From an uncultured bacterium (lineage in GTDB: Bacteria > CAYJRR01): DNA of 40,035 nucleotides. The stretch is from positions 1-40,035 of the forward strand of contig CAYJRR010000025.1 in the NCBI GenBank assembly GCA_964372275.1. Reading direction: 5' to 3'. Shown piece after piece: positions 1-9,212 of the stretch (position 1 is the stretch's first letter; every line of letters starts with the position of its first letter). The notes below the pieces were generated by a model. That model was not told the DNA's origin. It made no database searches and was given only the letters and a program-made list of their open reading frames with translations. A program made the position numbers and the translations under genes.

Positions 1-419
1 AGGTGCTGAACCTCCTCCGCGACCTGCAGCGCGAGCGGGGGATCGCCTACCTCTTCATCTCCCACGACCTCGCCGTGGTGCGGCACATCTCCGACCGGAT
101 CGCGGTGATGTACCTCGGCCGGGTGGTGGAGATCGCCGCCTCGGAGTCGATCTATCGCGCGCCGCGACACCCCTATACCAAGGCGTTGCTGTCGGCCGTG
201 CCCGTCCCCGATCCGGCGGTGGAGCGTGAACGCAACCGGATCGTCCTCACCGGCGACGTCCCGAGCCCGATCGATCCGCCGGCCGGCTGCCCGTTCCATC
301 CTCGCTGCCCGGAACGCGTCGACCGCTGCGCGACCGACGTACCGGCGCTCGACGAGACCACCCCGGGACACTGGACGAGTTGCCATCTGGTCGCGCTACC
401 GACCCGCGCATCGGCGTGA
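1..419 (+). CDS. Oligopeptide/dipeptide ABC transporter ATP-binding subunit (OppF/DppF-like), 5'-truncated by window edge
   Basis: H-loop [32 protein letters not shown] and the Cys-rich oligo_HPY tail (GCPFHPRC...C...CH). Confidence 0.95.
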   Translation, partial: VLNLLRDLQRERGIAYLFISHDLAVVRHISDRIAVMYLGRVVEIAASESIYRAPRHPYTKALLSAVPVPDPAVERERNRIVLTGDVPSPIDPPAGCPFHPRCPERVDRCATDVPALDETTPGHWTSCHLVALPTRASA

Positions 420-745
420 GCGAACGCGCGGTTCCGGCGCCACGGCCATCCGCATCGCCGCCGTCTGCGTCCGCCGCGGCGCCCGGCTCGCAGCGCTCCA
501 GCCACTCCAGGCAGTCGTGCGTCGGTCCCCACGTCGCCGCCCCGCGCCCGGTCCGACCATCCACTCGCCGTCGTTGAACGTCTCGGCGATCGCCTGCGCC
601 CATTCGAGGAGCTCGCGCTGGAAGTCGCAGGCGGCGCGCGTCTCCGCCGGCGCGAGCACCGCGAGTCCGGCGAGGAGTCGAGCGGCCCGCCGCGTCGTTC
701 TACGATACGCCGCCCCCTCGGCCTCTGCCGTACAATCGACGTCGG

Positions 746-1810
746 GTGCCCCCCCTCGAGCCCGACGCCGGAATCGACCTCCCCGAGGCGCTTCGACGGA
801 GACTGCGCCGGATCCGATCGCCGCTCCGGATCGGCGAAGAGGAACGGGCCCGGATGGCGCTCTACCGCGACCTGGGCCGGTTCGCCGAATCGGGGATGGG
901 ATTCCACCAGGCGCTGGCCCAGTTGGAGGAGGACGCGGGAAGCGACACGATGCGCCGCGCGCTGGCGGCGGTTCGCGCCGATCTCGCCGCCGGCGCGACG
1001 CTCCGGGAGGCGTTCGGCCGCCAGGACCACCTCTTCCGACCGCTCGACCTGGCGATGCTCGAGGTCGGGGAGTCGCTGGGAACGGTCGGGCCGTGCACCC
1101 GGCAGCTCGTCGAGGAGATCGATCAGTCGCGCGCGCGGCGGGACGCGGTCGTCCGCCGCTTCGTCCAACCGTTCCTGCTGTTCGTCCTCGCCAACTACGT
1201 CCTGACCGTCCCGATCCTCCTCCTGCGCGGCCTCCCCGGATACCTGCGAACGATCTCCCTCCCCACGCTGGGGCTCGCCGCCGCGGCGGCGATCGTGGGG
1301 GTCGTCCTGCCGGCGATCGCCGACACGCTCGGGCCCCGCGTCCGCGATCGCATCCTCCTCGGGCTCCCGGTGATCGGCTCGATCGTCCGCGACATGGCGA
1401 CCGCGCGATTCGCGCGCACCCTCGCGGCGGCGATCGGCGCCGGCGTCGAGATCGGGAAGAGCGTGCGGCTGGCGGCCCGCGCCGCCGGCAACGACGTCGT
1501 GGAGACGGCGATCCTCGACGCGCTTCCGCGGGCGCAGCAGATCGGTCTGGGGAAAGGGTTCGAAGCGGGGGGCGTCCTGTCGCGATCGGAAGCGGCGGAG
1601 CTTCGCGCCGGCGAGGCGACCGGCACGGCGGTGGAGGCGCTGCGCCGGATCGCGTCGGAGGCCTCCGCCCGCGCCTCCCGCGCGGCGACGGCGCTGGGGG
1701 GGATCCTGTCGCTCGGTCTCCTGGGCTTGAGCGCGATCTACGCCGTCGCCTCGGTCTTCCTCGCCGTCTTCGCCGCCGGTCAAGCGGCCATCGGCGGCGT
1801 CCTTCGATGA
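746..1810 (+). CDS. Type II secretion F / PilC-family inner-membrane platform protein
   Basis: Two T2SSF-like repeats (ESGMGFHQAL...GATLREAF...LEVGESLG; RFARTLAAAIGAGV...LRAGEATG) separated and followed by TM segments; TACAAT at 731-736 just upstream of GTG. Confidence 0.8.
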   Translation: MPPLEPDAGIDLPEALRRRLRRIRSPLRIGEEERARMALYRDLGRFAESGMGFHQALAQLEEDAGSDTMRRALAAVRADLAAGATLREAFGRQDHLFRPLDLAMLEVGESLGTVGPCTRQLVEEIDQSRARRDAVVRRFVQPFLLFVLANYVLTVPILLLRGLPGYLRTISLPTLGLAAAAAIVGVVLPAIADTLGPRVRDRILLGLPVIGSIVRDMATARFARTLAAAIGAGVEIGKSVRLAARAAGNDVVETAILDALPRAQQIGLGKGFEAGGVLSRSEAAELRAGEATGTAVEALRRIASEASARASRAATALGGILSLGLLGLSAIYAVASVFLAVFAAGQAAIGGVLR

Positions 1811-1900
1811 TCGGATGCGCCCGCGTCCGGCACGCCGAGCGGGATCGTGCGTGCCGTCACGGCCTTGTGCGCGCAGAAAAGAACACGTAATTTTCGCGGG

Positions 1901-3556
1901 ATGGCCCGCGTTTCCCTCCAGCGCCAGGCCGCCTCGAGTCCGAGGTCCGGAAGGCCGCGCTCGCCGCGCGAGGAGCTGCTGCTCCTCCACCGGAGGATCT
2001 GGGAGGAGAACAAGCGACGCATCGACCGCTCGGCGCGCGACGACACCGGCGAGCTCCAGCGATACCGGGGCGCCTACACCCGCGCGTGTGCCTCGTTCCG
2101 CCAGGTGTCGACCTTCGCCGAGCTGGCGCAGGCCGCCGCCGCCGCGGAGATCGTCTACGTCGGCGACTTCCACACCTCCAAGCAGTCGCAGAAGGTCTTC
2201 CTCAAGCTGGCCAAGCGCGTGCGCGAGGAGGGCCGCACGCCGATCCTGGCGCTCGAGCTCCTGCAGAGCCGCCACCAGCGCTGGGTCGACCGCTACCTCG
2301 CCGGGCAGATGCCCGAAGCGGCCTTCCTCCGCGCCGTCCAGTTCCGCCGGCAATGGCCGTTCGACAACTGGGAGAACTTCCGGCCGATCTTCGACTTCGC
2401 GAGGGAGGCCGGGGTCGCCGTGATCGGCATCGACGCGCCGATCGGCGGCGCGAACAGCCTTTCGCGCCGCGACGTGCACGCCGGAGGCGTGCTGGCGAAG
2501 CTCCTGCGCGCGCGCCCCGGAACGACGGTGCTGACGTTGATCGGGGATCTCCACATCGCCCCCACGCACCTGCCCGCCGCCACCGATCGCGCGCTCGCCG
2601 CAGCGGGCCGGCGTCCGTCGAAGTCTCTCCTGGTGTTCCAGAACAGCGAGCGCATCTATTGGAAGCTCGCCGAGCGGGAGCTGGAGCGGAGCGCGGAGGT
2701 GGTCCGGATCTCCGCCAACGCGTGGTGCGTGATGAACACGCCTCCGATCATCCTCCAACAGACCTACCTCAACTGGCTGGAGCGGGACGAAGAGGTCCTC
2801 GACTACGCCGATGCCCGGACCGAGTTCCTGACCCTGTTGCGGCGGATCGCGTCGTTCCTCGAGATCCCGCTCCCGGCCGAGGCAGAGGAGGTGGAGGTCT
2901 ACACCTGCGGCGATCTCTCCTTCCTGCACCAGCTCCGCTCGCGCCGCCTGTTCCGCGAGAGCGAGATCGAGGAGATCAAGCGGCAGATCCGCTCCGCGGA
3001 GAGCTACTTCATTCCGCGCAGCAAGATGGTCTACCTCGCCAACCTCTCCACCAACCATGCGGCCGAGGAGGCGAGCCACTTCCTGAAGATCCTCTGCGCG
3101 CCGGAGGAGGTGCCGCGGGAGCGCGTCGCCGCCTTCTACGCCACCTGCCTCCACGAAGCGGTCGGATTCTTCGGCAGCAAGATCATCAACGATCGGCGGA
3201 AGACGCCGCACGTGCCGGAGTTCGAGCGGCTTCTCTCCGACGACCACGACTACGGCTCCGGCGCCCGGCGGATCGCGCGGATGGTGCTGGCCCACCACGC
3301 GCTCGAGCGCGGGATTCGCGTGCGGAACAGCCATGTCCTGTATCGCCAACCGGTCGACGTCTTCATCGGCGTCACCCACGCCCTGGGCTACATGCTCGGG
3401 GAGAAGCTGTTCTACGGCATGGTCGCCGGAAAGGTCTCCAAGTCCACCCTCCGCGATCTCTACTTCGATCCGTTCACCGCGCCCGGACGCGCGCGCGGTC
3501 TCTACTTCGAGCTCGCCGCCAAGGTGCGCGGCGTGCGCATCCCGGAGAGGACGTGA
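1901..3556 (+). CDS. ChaN/EreA/Tiki-superfamily domain protein with a long C-terminal extension
   Basis: Motifs IVYVGDFH, LALELL, W-F-WENFRPIFDFARE, RRD, LIGDLH typical of the ChaN-like fold; no signal peptide; ATG at 1901 preferred (TAATTT 7 nt upstream). Confidence 0.7.
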   Translation: MARVSLQRQAASSPRSGRPRSPREELLLLHRRIWEENKRRIDRSARDDTGELQRYRGAYTRACASFRQVSTFAELAQAAAAAEIVYVGDFHTSKQSQKVFLKLAKRVREEGRTPILALELLQSRHQRWVDRYLAGQMPEAAFLRAVQFRRQWPFDNWENFRPIFDFAREAGVAVIGIDAPIGGANSLSRRDVHAGGVLAKLLRARPGTTVLTLIGDLHIAPTHLPAATDRALAAAGRRPSKSLLVFQNSERIYWKLAERELERSAEVVRISANAWCVMNTPPIILQQTYLNWLERDEEVLDYADARTEFLTLLRRIASFLEIPLPAEAEEVEVYTCGDLSFLHQLRSRRLFRESEIEEIKRQIRSAESYFIPRSKMVYLANLSTNHAAEEASHFLKILCAPEEVPRERVAAFYATCLHEAVGFFGSKIINDRRKTPHVPEFERLLSDDHDYGSGARRIARMVLAHHALERGIRVRNSHVLYRQPVDVFIGVTHALGYMLGEKLFYGMVAGKVSKSTLRDLYFDPFTAPGRARGLYFELAAKVRGVRIPERT

Positions 3557-5201
3557 GCGACGCCAGCGCCACCATCGGCCTGTTGCTGGTCCGCGCCGGG
3601 AAGCTGACACGGGAACAGCTCTACGAGGCGCTCCGGGAGCAGCGCTCCAGCGGCATGAGGCTCGGCGACATCCTGGCCCGGCGGGGGTGGGTCAACGAGG
3701 ACGACCTCACCATGCTCGTCGCCAAGCAGCAGGGGATGGGATTCCTCGAATCGAAGCTCCTGGAGAAGATCCCCACCGACGTGCTGGCGAAGGTGCCGTC
3801 CAAGGTCGCGAAGGAGTACCGGCTCGTCCCGGTTTCGCTGAGCAAGGGGAAGCTGACGATCGCCCTCGACGACCAGCGCACCCGGACCTATCTCGACGAG
3901 ATCTCGTTCCTGACCGGGATGACCTGCATCCCGGCGCTCGCCGCGCCGAGCGCCGTCCGCGCGGCGCTGCAACGCCACTACGACATCGTCCTGACCGACC
4001 CACCGGCAACCGCCCAGCCGCACGAGAGCCGGCCCGCCACCACCCTGGCGCCGCCGCCGGCGAAGGAGCCGGCGCGCGAGGAGCCGCCCGCGCCGGCGGC
4101 CGCCCCGCCGGAGGAGGAGATCGTTCCGCTGACGGCGAGGATCGCGGCGCCGCCGGAGGAACGTCCGGAAGAAGAGCGTCCGGAAGAAGAGGAGGAACCG
4201 ATCGCGCTGACGCGCCGCGTGGAGAGCGCCGCGGCGGAACCCGAACCCGATCCCGGTCTCGCGTCCGCTTCGGTCCCGGAAGCCGTCGCCGAATCCGCGC
4301 CCGTGGACGTCGCCGCGACCGAAGCCGATGCCGCGCCCGTGGCCGCGGCCGTGACCGTATCCACAGCCGAGTCCGGACCGGTGGCCGAAGCCGGTTCCGC
4401 CGCCGACGCCGTTTCCGTCGCCGAGTCCGAGCCGGCGGCCGAGCCCGTCACCGGACCCGTCGCCGAGCCCGACGCNNNNNNNNNNNNNNNNNNNNNNNNN
4501 NNNNNNNNNNNNNNNNNNNNNNNNNNNNNNNNNNNNNNNNNNNNNNNNNNNNNNNNNNNNNNNNNNNNNNNNNNNCCGAGTCCGAGCCGGCGGCCGAGCC
4601 CGTCACCGGACCCGTCGCCGAGCCCGACGCGAACGCCGAGCCCGACGCGAACGCCGAGCCCGTTGCCAGCGCCGAGGCCGCGCCCATGGCCGAACCCGTC
4701 GCCGCCGTCCTCGCCGCCGAGCCGCTGGACATCGTCGCCGCCGCGGAACGGGTGTTCGACGCGACCGACCGTCGCGGGATCGCGCAGGTGGTCGTCGACT
4801 TCGCCTCGCGATGGGTCGATCGCGCCATCTTCTTCGATCTCACCGGACCGAACGTGGAGGTCCTGGCGCACCGGCGCGCGTTTCCCGAAGACGTCCCACC
4901 GCCGGCGCTCTCGCTCCCCGTCGCCGACGCCACGCTCCTTTCGGTCATCGCCCGCGGAAAGCAGCCGGCGTTCGGCCCGATGCCGAACGGGCAGATGTAC
5001 AACCGCTTCCTCGCGCTGGCGGGACTGCCCCGACCGCCGTTCGTGCTTCTCTATCCGCTCCTGGCCTACGGGAAGTCGGTCGCGGTCCTCTACGGCGACC
5101 TCGCCGCGCCGCGTCCGGTCGAGGAGTTCGGCGACCTGCAACTCCTCTTCAAGGAGGCCGGCACCGCCTGGGACCTCCTCGGCGCGCTGGTCCGCGGTTA
5201 G
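3553..5201 (+). CDS. MshEN (GspE/PilB N-terminal) domain protein with Pro/Glu/Ala linker and GAF-like C-terminal domain; spans an assembly gap
   Basis: GTG overlaps the upstream TGA (GTGA); TIGLLLVRAGKLTREQLYEALREQ...RLGDILARRGWVNEDDLTMLVAKQ; frames on the two sides of the gap join once the 100 N plus the duplicated 55 bp are removed. Confidence 0.8.
4421..4630. repeat. Identical 55-bp sequence on both sides of a 100-N gap (unresolved repeat or assembly overlap)
   Basis: 4421-4475 equals 4576-4630; short AEPDAN-coding repeats follow. Confidence 0.9.
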
Positions 5202-5207
5202 TACCTC

Positions 5208-6224
5208 CTAGACCGCGCGCCCCACCACGGGGGCGATCTGTTTCACCTGCTGCATCAGCGCCTCGAACGCGTCGAGCGAGAGGCTCTGCGGTCCATCGGA
5301 GAGGGCCTCCGCCGGATTGGGGTGGACTTCGACCATCAGACCGTCGGCGCCGACGGCGACCACCGCGCGGGCGAGGGGCGGCACCGCCCAGCGGATCCCG
5401 ACGGCGTGCGACGGATCGACCACCACCGGCAGGTGCGTCATCTGGCGGAGCACCGGAACGGCGTTCAGGTCGAGCGTGTTCCGCGTCGACGTCTCGTAGG
5501 TCCGGATCCCGCGCTCGCACAGGATCACCCGGTAGTTCCCCTGGCTGACGACGTACTCCGCCGCCAGCAACCACTCCTGGATCGTCGCGCTCAATCCCCG
5601 TTTCAGCAGCACCGGCTTCTTCGCCCGCCCGACCGCCTCGAGCAGCGAAAAGTTCTGCATGTTGCGCGCCCCCACCTGCAGGACGTCGGAGTACTCCTCG
5701 ACCAGCGGGAGCGTCTCGACGTCCTTGACCTCGGTCACCACCAGCAGTCCCGTCTGCGCGCGCGCCGCGGCGAGGATCTTCAGGCCCTCCTCCTTCAGTC
5801 CCTGGAACGCGTAGGGGCTGGTGCGCGGCTTGAACGCGCCGCCCCGCAGGAAGCGCGCGCCGGTCCGCGCCACCGACTCGGCCGTCCGCAGCACCTGGTC
5901 GCGGCTCTCGACGGCGCACGGGCCGGCGATCACCGCGAACGACTCGCCGCCGATCGACGCCCCGTTCGGGAAGGTGACGACGCTCGTCTCGTCGTGGAGT
6001 TCCCGTGAGACGAGCTTGTAGGGCTTCGACACCGGGACGGCGTCGGCGACCCCGGGCATCACCTGGAACGTACCGGGCTCGAGCGCCCCCTTGTTCCCGG
6101 TGACGCCGAGCGCGACGCGCGTCGCCCCCGGGATCTCGTGCGGGGTCAGCCCCATCGAGCGGACCCGGTGGGCGACGCGGTCGATCTCCTCGCGGGTCGC
6201 CCCGGGCTTCATCAAAATCAGCAT
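5208..6224 (-). CDS. aroF: 3-deoxy-7-phosphoheptulonate (DAHP) synthase, class I-beta with N-terminal regulatory domain
   Basis: [66 protein letters not shown]. Confidence 0.97.
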   Translation of the reverse strand: MLILMKPGATREEIDRVAHRVRSMGLTPHEIPGATRVALGVTGNKGALEPGTFQVMPGVADAVPVSKPYKLVSRELHDETSVVTFPNGASIGGESFAVIAGPCAVESRDQVLRTAESVARTGARFLRGGAFKPRTSPYAFQGLKEEGLKILAAARAQTGLLVVTEVKDVETLPLVEEYSDVLQVGARNMQNFSLLEAVGRAKKPVLLKRGLSATIQEWLLAAEYVVSQGNYRVILCERGIRTYETSTRNTLDLNAVPVLRQMTHLPVVVDPSHAVGIRWAVPPLARAVVAVGADGLMVEVHPNPAEALSDGPQSLSLDAFEALMQQVKQIAPVVGRAV

Positions 6225-6287
6225 TCCCTCGCTATATCACGAATTTGCCGGCGTACGCCCCGCTCTGGTAAGGTCTCGAGGAAGCGC

Positions 6288-7808
6288 ATGCGCCACCCTC
6301 GATCGGCCGCAGGCCTCCTGCTCGTGGCGCTGTCCCTGGTCACCGTCCGCCCGGCGCTCGCGCGCTCCGCCGACGAGCGCGAGTCGACCTTCTGGAAGAT
6401 CGGGGTCGTCGACTTCACCGGCCGCACGCCGCAGGTCACCGGCCAGGCCGCCGCCCAGCGCTTCGCCTCGGGCCTCAAACGCAGCCGGCGCTTCCACGTC
6501 GTCGATCGGCGGTCCGTCCGCGCGGCGGTCCGCCTGATGGAGGTCGTCTTCGAGGATGGGCGGATCACCGACGCCGACGCCCGGCGTCTCTGCAAGGAGC
6601 TCGAGCTCGACGGGCTGTTCGCCGGGCGCCTGGAGCGGCGTTCCGGCGGCGCGGGGTTGAGCTTGAGCCTCCACTCCGCCTCGGGCCGGCTCTTCTCGCG
6701 CTACCGATTCGCCGTCTCCCCCGCCTTCACCCAACGCGAGGCGGACGACCTCGCGCGCGCGTCGATCGCGCGGCTGCCCTACGACGGGCTGGTGGTCAGC
6801 GTCCGTGGCGACCTCGCGCTGGTGAACCTCGGCCTGGCGCAAGGGGTGACCGGGGGGGCGAAGCTCTACGCCTTCGAGCTCGATTCGATGCATCGCGACG
6901 AGGCGGGGGCGAAGGTCGGTCCGCGGTCGGCCCTCGCCGAGCTGGAGGTGGTGCGGGCCGAACGGCACGGCGCGTGGGTCCGTCCCCGGAAGGGGGAGAT
7001 GCCCGAGCTGTTCACCAAGATCTCGCGAAAACCGGTGAGCGGTCTCGATCGACTCAAAGTGATCGAACGGGTCGCCGACGAACCGTCGGCCGTGCCGGTG
7101 GTCGGATTCGAGATCGACGGCGATACGGCGCTGCTGTTCAAGCGCTATCGGCTCGAAGGGACCGGCCAGCGCTACAGCTCGAAGACGACGCTCTTCCCCG
7201 CGCCGGGCCTGCGCGCCACGTGGTATCCGACGCGGCGCTTCGGCGTCGGCGCCTCCTATCGCCGCGGCTTCATCCCGTTCCGGCGGCCGGTCGGCGATCC
7301 GCCCGACGAGACGGTGGAGAGCTTCGACGGGACGGTGGACCTCCTGGTCGTCGAAGGGAAGGTCCGCCACCTGGTCGGCGGATCGGGTCTCCTTTCCGGA
7401 AGCTCGGTCGCCGGGTCGATCGGCTGGTACGACAGCCGCTTCGCCATCGAAGACCAGGATCCGCGGGTCCTGACCAGCGATCGCTACGCCGGCCTCCTCG
7501 TCGCCGTCGAGACGCGCGTCCCGATCTACTACGACATCGGGGTCGGGGCCCGGCTGGGGGTCGTCCCGCGCGCGTCGGTCACCGAGCGCCCCGTGCACAA
7601 CGGATCGGCGCAGGCGTTGGGCCTCACCGGCACGGTGGGTCTGGATTACCACGCCGATGAACACCTGTTCGTTCGCCTGGAATATGGATTCGAGTCGATG
7701 CGGACCCGGTTTCCGTCGGCCGGCGGCAGCCGCGGCGTCCTATCCCCCGAATCCAGCGACGTTTATCACGGTGCCACGCTGACGATCGGATGGCGGGGGT
7801 ACCGGTGA
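6288..7808 (+). CDS. Secreted/outer-membrane protein: TolB-N/CsgG/FlgT-like N-terminal region plus C-terminal beta-barrel
   Basis: Signal peptide (MRHPRSAAGLLLVALSLV...ARS); KIGVVDF...RRFHVVDR; VVSVRGDLALVNLG..QGV (FlgT-C-like); amphipathic strands ending LTIGWRGYR. Confidence 0.6.
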   Translation: MRHPRSAAGLLLVALSLVTVRPALARSADERESTFWKIGVVDFTGRTPQVTGQAAAQRFASGLKRSRRFHVVDRRSVRAAVRLMEVVFEDGRITDADARRLCKELELDGLFAGRLERRSGGAGLSLSLHSASGRLFSRYRFAVSPAFTQREADDLARASIARLPYDGLVVSVRGDLALVNLGLAQGVTGGAKLYAFELDSMHRDEAGAKVGPRSALAELEVVRAERHGAWVRPRKGEMPELFTKISRKPVSGLDRLKVIERVADEPSAVPVVGFEIDGDTALLFKRYRLEGTGQRYSSKTTLFPAPGLRATWYPTRRFGVGASYRRGFIPFRRPVGDPPDETVESFDGTVDLLVVEGKVRHLVGGSGLLSGSSVAGSIGWYDSRFAIEDQDPRVLTSDRYAGLLVAVETRVPIYYDIGVGARLGVVPRASVTERPVHNGSAQALGLTGTVGLDYHADEHLFVRLEYGFESMRTRFPSAGGSRGVLSPESSDVYHGATLTIGWRGYR

Positions 7809-7840
7809 GGGGGGGCCAAGGCCCGCCGCTTGCTTTCCCT

Positions 7841-7869
7841 GGAATAGGACCGGCCGGCCGGGGGTCGAA
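7841..7869 (+). promoter_or_regulatory. Candidate ECF-sigma autoregulatory promoter
   Basis: GGAATA-N17-GTCGAA about 50 nt upstream of the ECF sigma gene, resembling the GGAAC...GTC ECF consensus. Confidence 0.35.
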
Positions 7870-7918
7870 CAACGGGGTTGCGCCCCAGGAATCGGCACGT
7901 CCAGGGGGTACCATCGCC

Positions 7919-8524
7919 ATGATGACCAAATCGGCCGAGATCGTGCCGTTCCACAACGCCGCCGAGGCCGGCGTCTCGCTCTCCGATCCGGAGATTGCGG
8001 AGCTGGCGAAGGTCGATCGCCGTCGCGCGCTGGCGGCGGTCGTCGCCAAGTACCGCCGGCCGCTCTATCGCCACGCCTTCCACATGCTGCGGAACAGCGA
8101 GGAGGCGTACGAGATCACCCAGGAGGTCTTCCTGCGAGCCCACCGGGAGTCGCGTCTGTTCGACGCCGACTTCCACGTGAAGGGGTGGCTCTACCGCGTG
8201 ACCGCGAACCTCTCGCTAAAGAGCCTGCGCTCGCGCCGCGTCCGCGCGCTGTTCTCGCTGCGCCGTCCGGAAGCGCCGCCGGAGCCGACCACCGAACCGG
8301 TGGCGCAGGCGATCGCGTCCGAAACCCGCGGCGAGGTGGCCGTCGCGCTCGAGCAGCTTCCGCCGCGTTTCCGACAGTTGATCGTGCTCCGCTACTTCGA
8401 CGACCTCTCCTACAAGGAGATCGCCGATGCGATGCGGATGCCGATCGGCTCGGTGATGAGCGGTCTGTCGCGCGCGAGAGACCGCTTGAAGAGATCCCTG
8501 AAGGAGATGGAGCCCCGTACGTGA
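7919..8524 (+). CDS. ECF RNA polymerase sigma-70 factor
   Basis: Region 2 (EEAYEITQEVFLRA, FHVKGWLYRVTAN) and region 4 (LPPRFRQLIVLRYFDDLSYKEIADAMRMPIGSVMSGLSRAR); start 7919 or 7922. Confidence 0.95.
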   Translation: MMTKSAEIVPFHNAAEAGVSLSDPEIAELAKVDRRRALAAVVAKYRRPLYRHAFHMLRNSEEAYEITQEVFLRAHRESRLFDADFHVKGWLYRVTANLSLKSLRSRRVRALFSLRRPEAPPEPTTEPVAQAIASETRGEVAVALEQLPPRFRQLIVLRYFDDLSYKEIADAMRMPIGSVMSGLSRARDRLKRSLKEMEPRT

Positions 8525-9207
8525 GTCCCTGCGCACCCTATGCCGACCTGATCGTCCTGCTCTCCGATGGAGAGCTCTCCGGCGACGCCGCCGCGGAGGT
8601 CCGGAAGCATCTCGACGGCTGCGAGGGCTGCCGCCGTCGACACGAGGAGCTCGATCGCCTCGCGGCGATGCTACGACCGGAGCGGTCCGCCGACGCGGAG
8701 GCGCGCGTTCCGGACCTGGCGGAGGCCCGGTTCTGGAGGCGGTTCGAGGTCGACCTCGCGCGGCGGATCGCGCGTGCGGAGACCCCCTACTGGCGCCTGC
8801 GGCTGGTCGTCCCGGTCCCGGTCGCGGCGGCGGTCGTTTTCGCGCTGGCCCTGCTTTCGGCCGGCTCGGTGGTGAGTCATCGGCGAGCGGAGGCGCTCGC
8901 GACCCGGAACGGCGCGCTCGAGGCGTCGATTCGCGCCATCGCCGAGGAGAGTCTGTTCGGCTTCTCGCCCGAGGTGGAGCGCGCGCTGATCGCGCTGGAG
9001 CTGCCCCCGTCGAAGACCGACGGCGCTGCACCGAAGTGGCTGCCGAACCCGCGTTTCCCCGCCCGGTCCGGCCTCGGGCCTGCCGCCGGCATCGGAGCGG
9101 GCGACCTCGTCGCCGGTTCGAGGCCGCTCCTGGGCCCCTCCGGTTCCGGCCCGCGGCCGATCCGCTTCGTCGACACCGACGGGATGGTCGCGGCCGACCT
9201 CTACTAG
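8521..9207 (+). CDS. Zinc-finger (ZAS, zf-HC2) transmembrane anti-sigma factor
   Basis: GTG overlaps the sigma stop; C...DGEL...HLDGCEGC (HxxxCxxC); one TM helix (VPVAAAVVFALALLSAG). Confidence 0.9.
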   Translation: MSPCAPYADLIVLLSDGELSGDAAAEVRKHLDGCEGCRRRHEELDRLAAMLRPERSADAEARVPDLAEARFWRRFEVDLARRIARAETPYWRLRLVVPVPVAAAVVFALALLSAGSVVSHRRAEALATRNGALEASIRAIAEESLFGFSPEVERALIALELPPSKTDGAAPKWLPNPRFPARSGLGPAAGIGAGDLVAGSRPLLGPSGSGPRPIRFVDTDGMVAADLY

Positions 9208-9212
9208 CGTTC

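Noticed and set aside
173-3610. Very long opposite-strand or off-frame ORFs (e.g. 173-3610 -, 26065-30285 +, 22238-25240 +, 34530-37694 -, 16275-19172 +, 38672-39976 -)
   Set aside because: Shadow frames of real genes in high-GC DNA; Arg/Pro/Gly-rich or antisense-mirror composition with no family motifs
4476-4575. Apparent frameshift or pseudogene in the MshEN protein
   Set aside because: Caused by the arbitrary 100-N gap; identical 55-bp flanks restore the frame when merged
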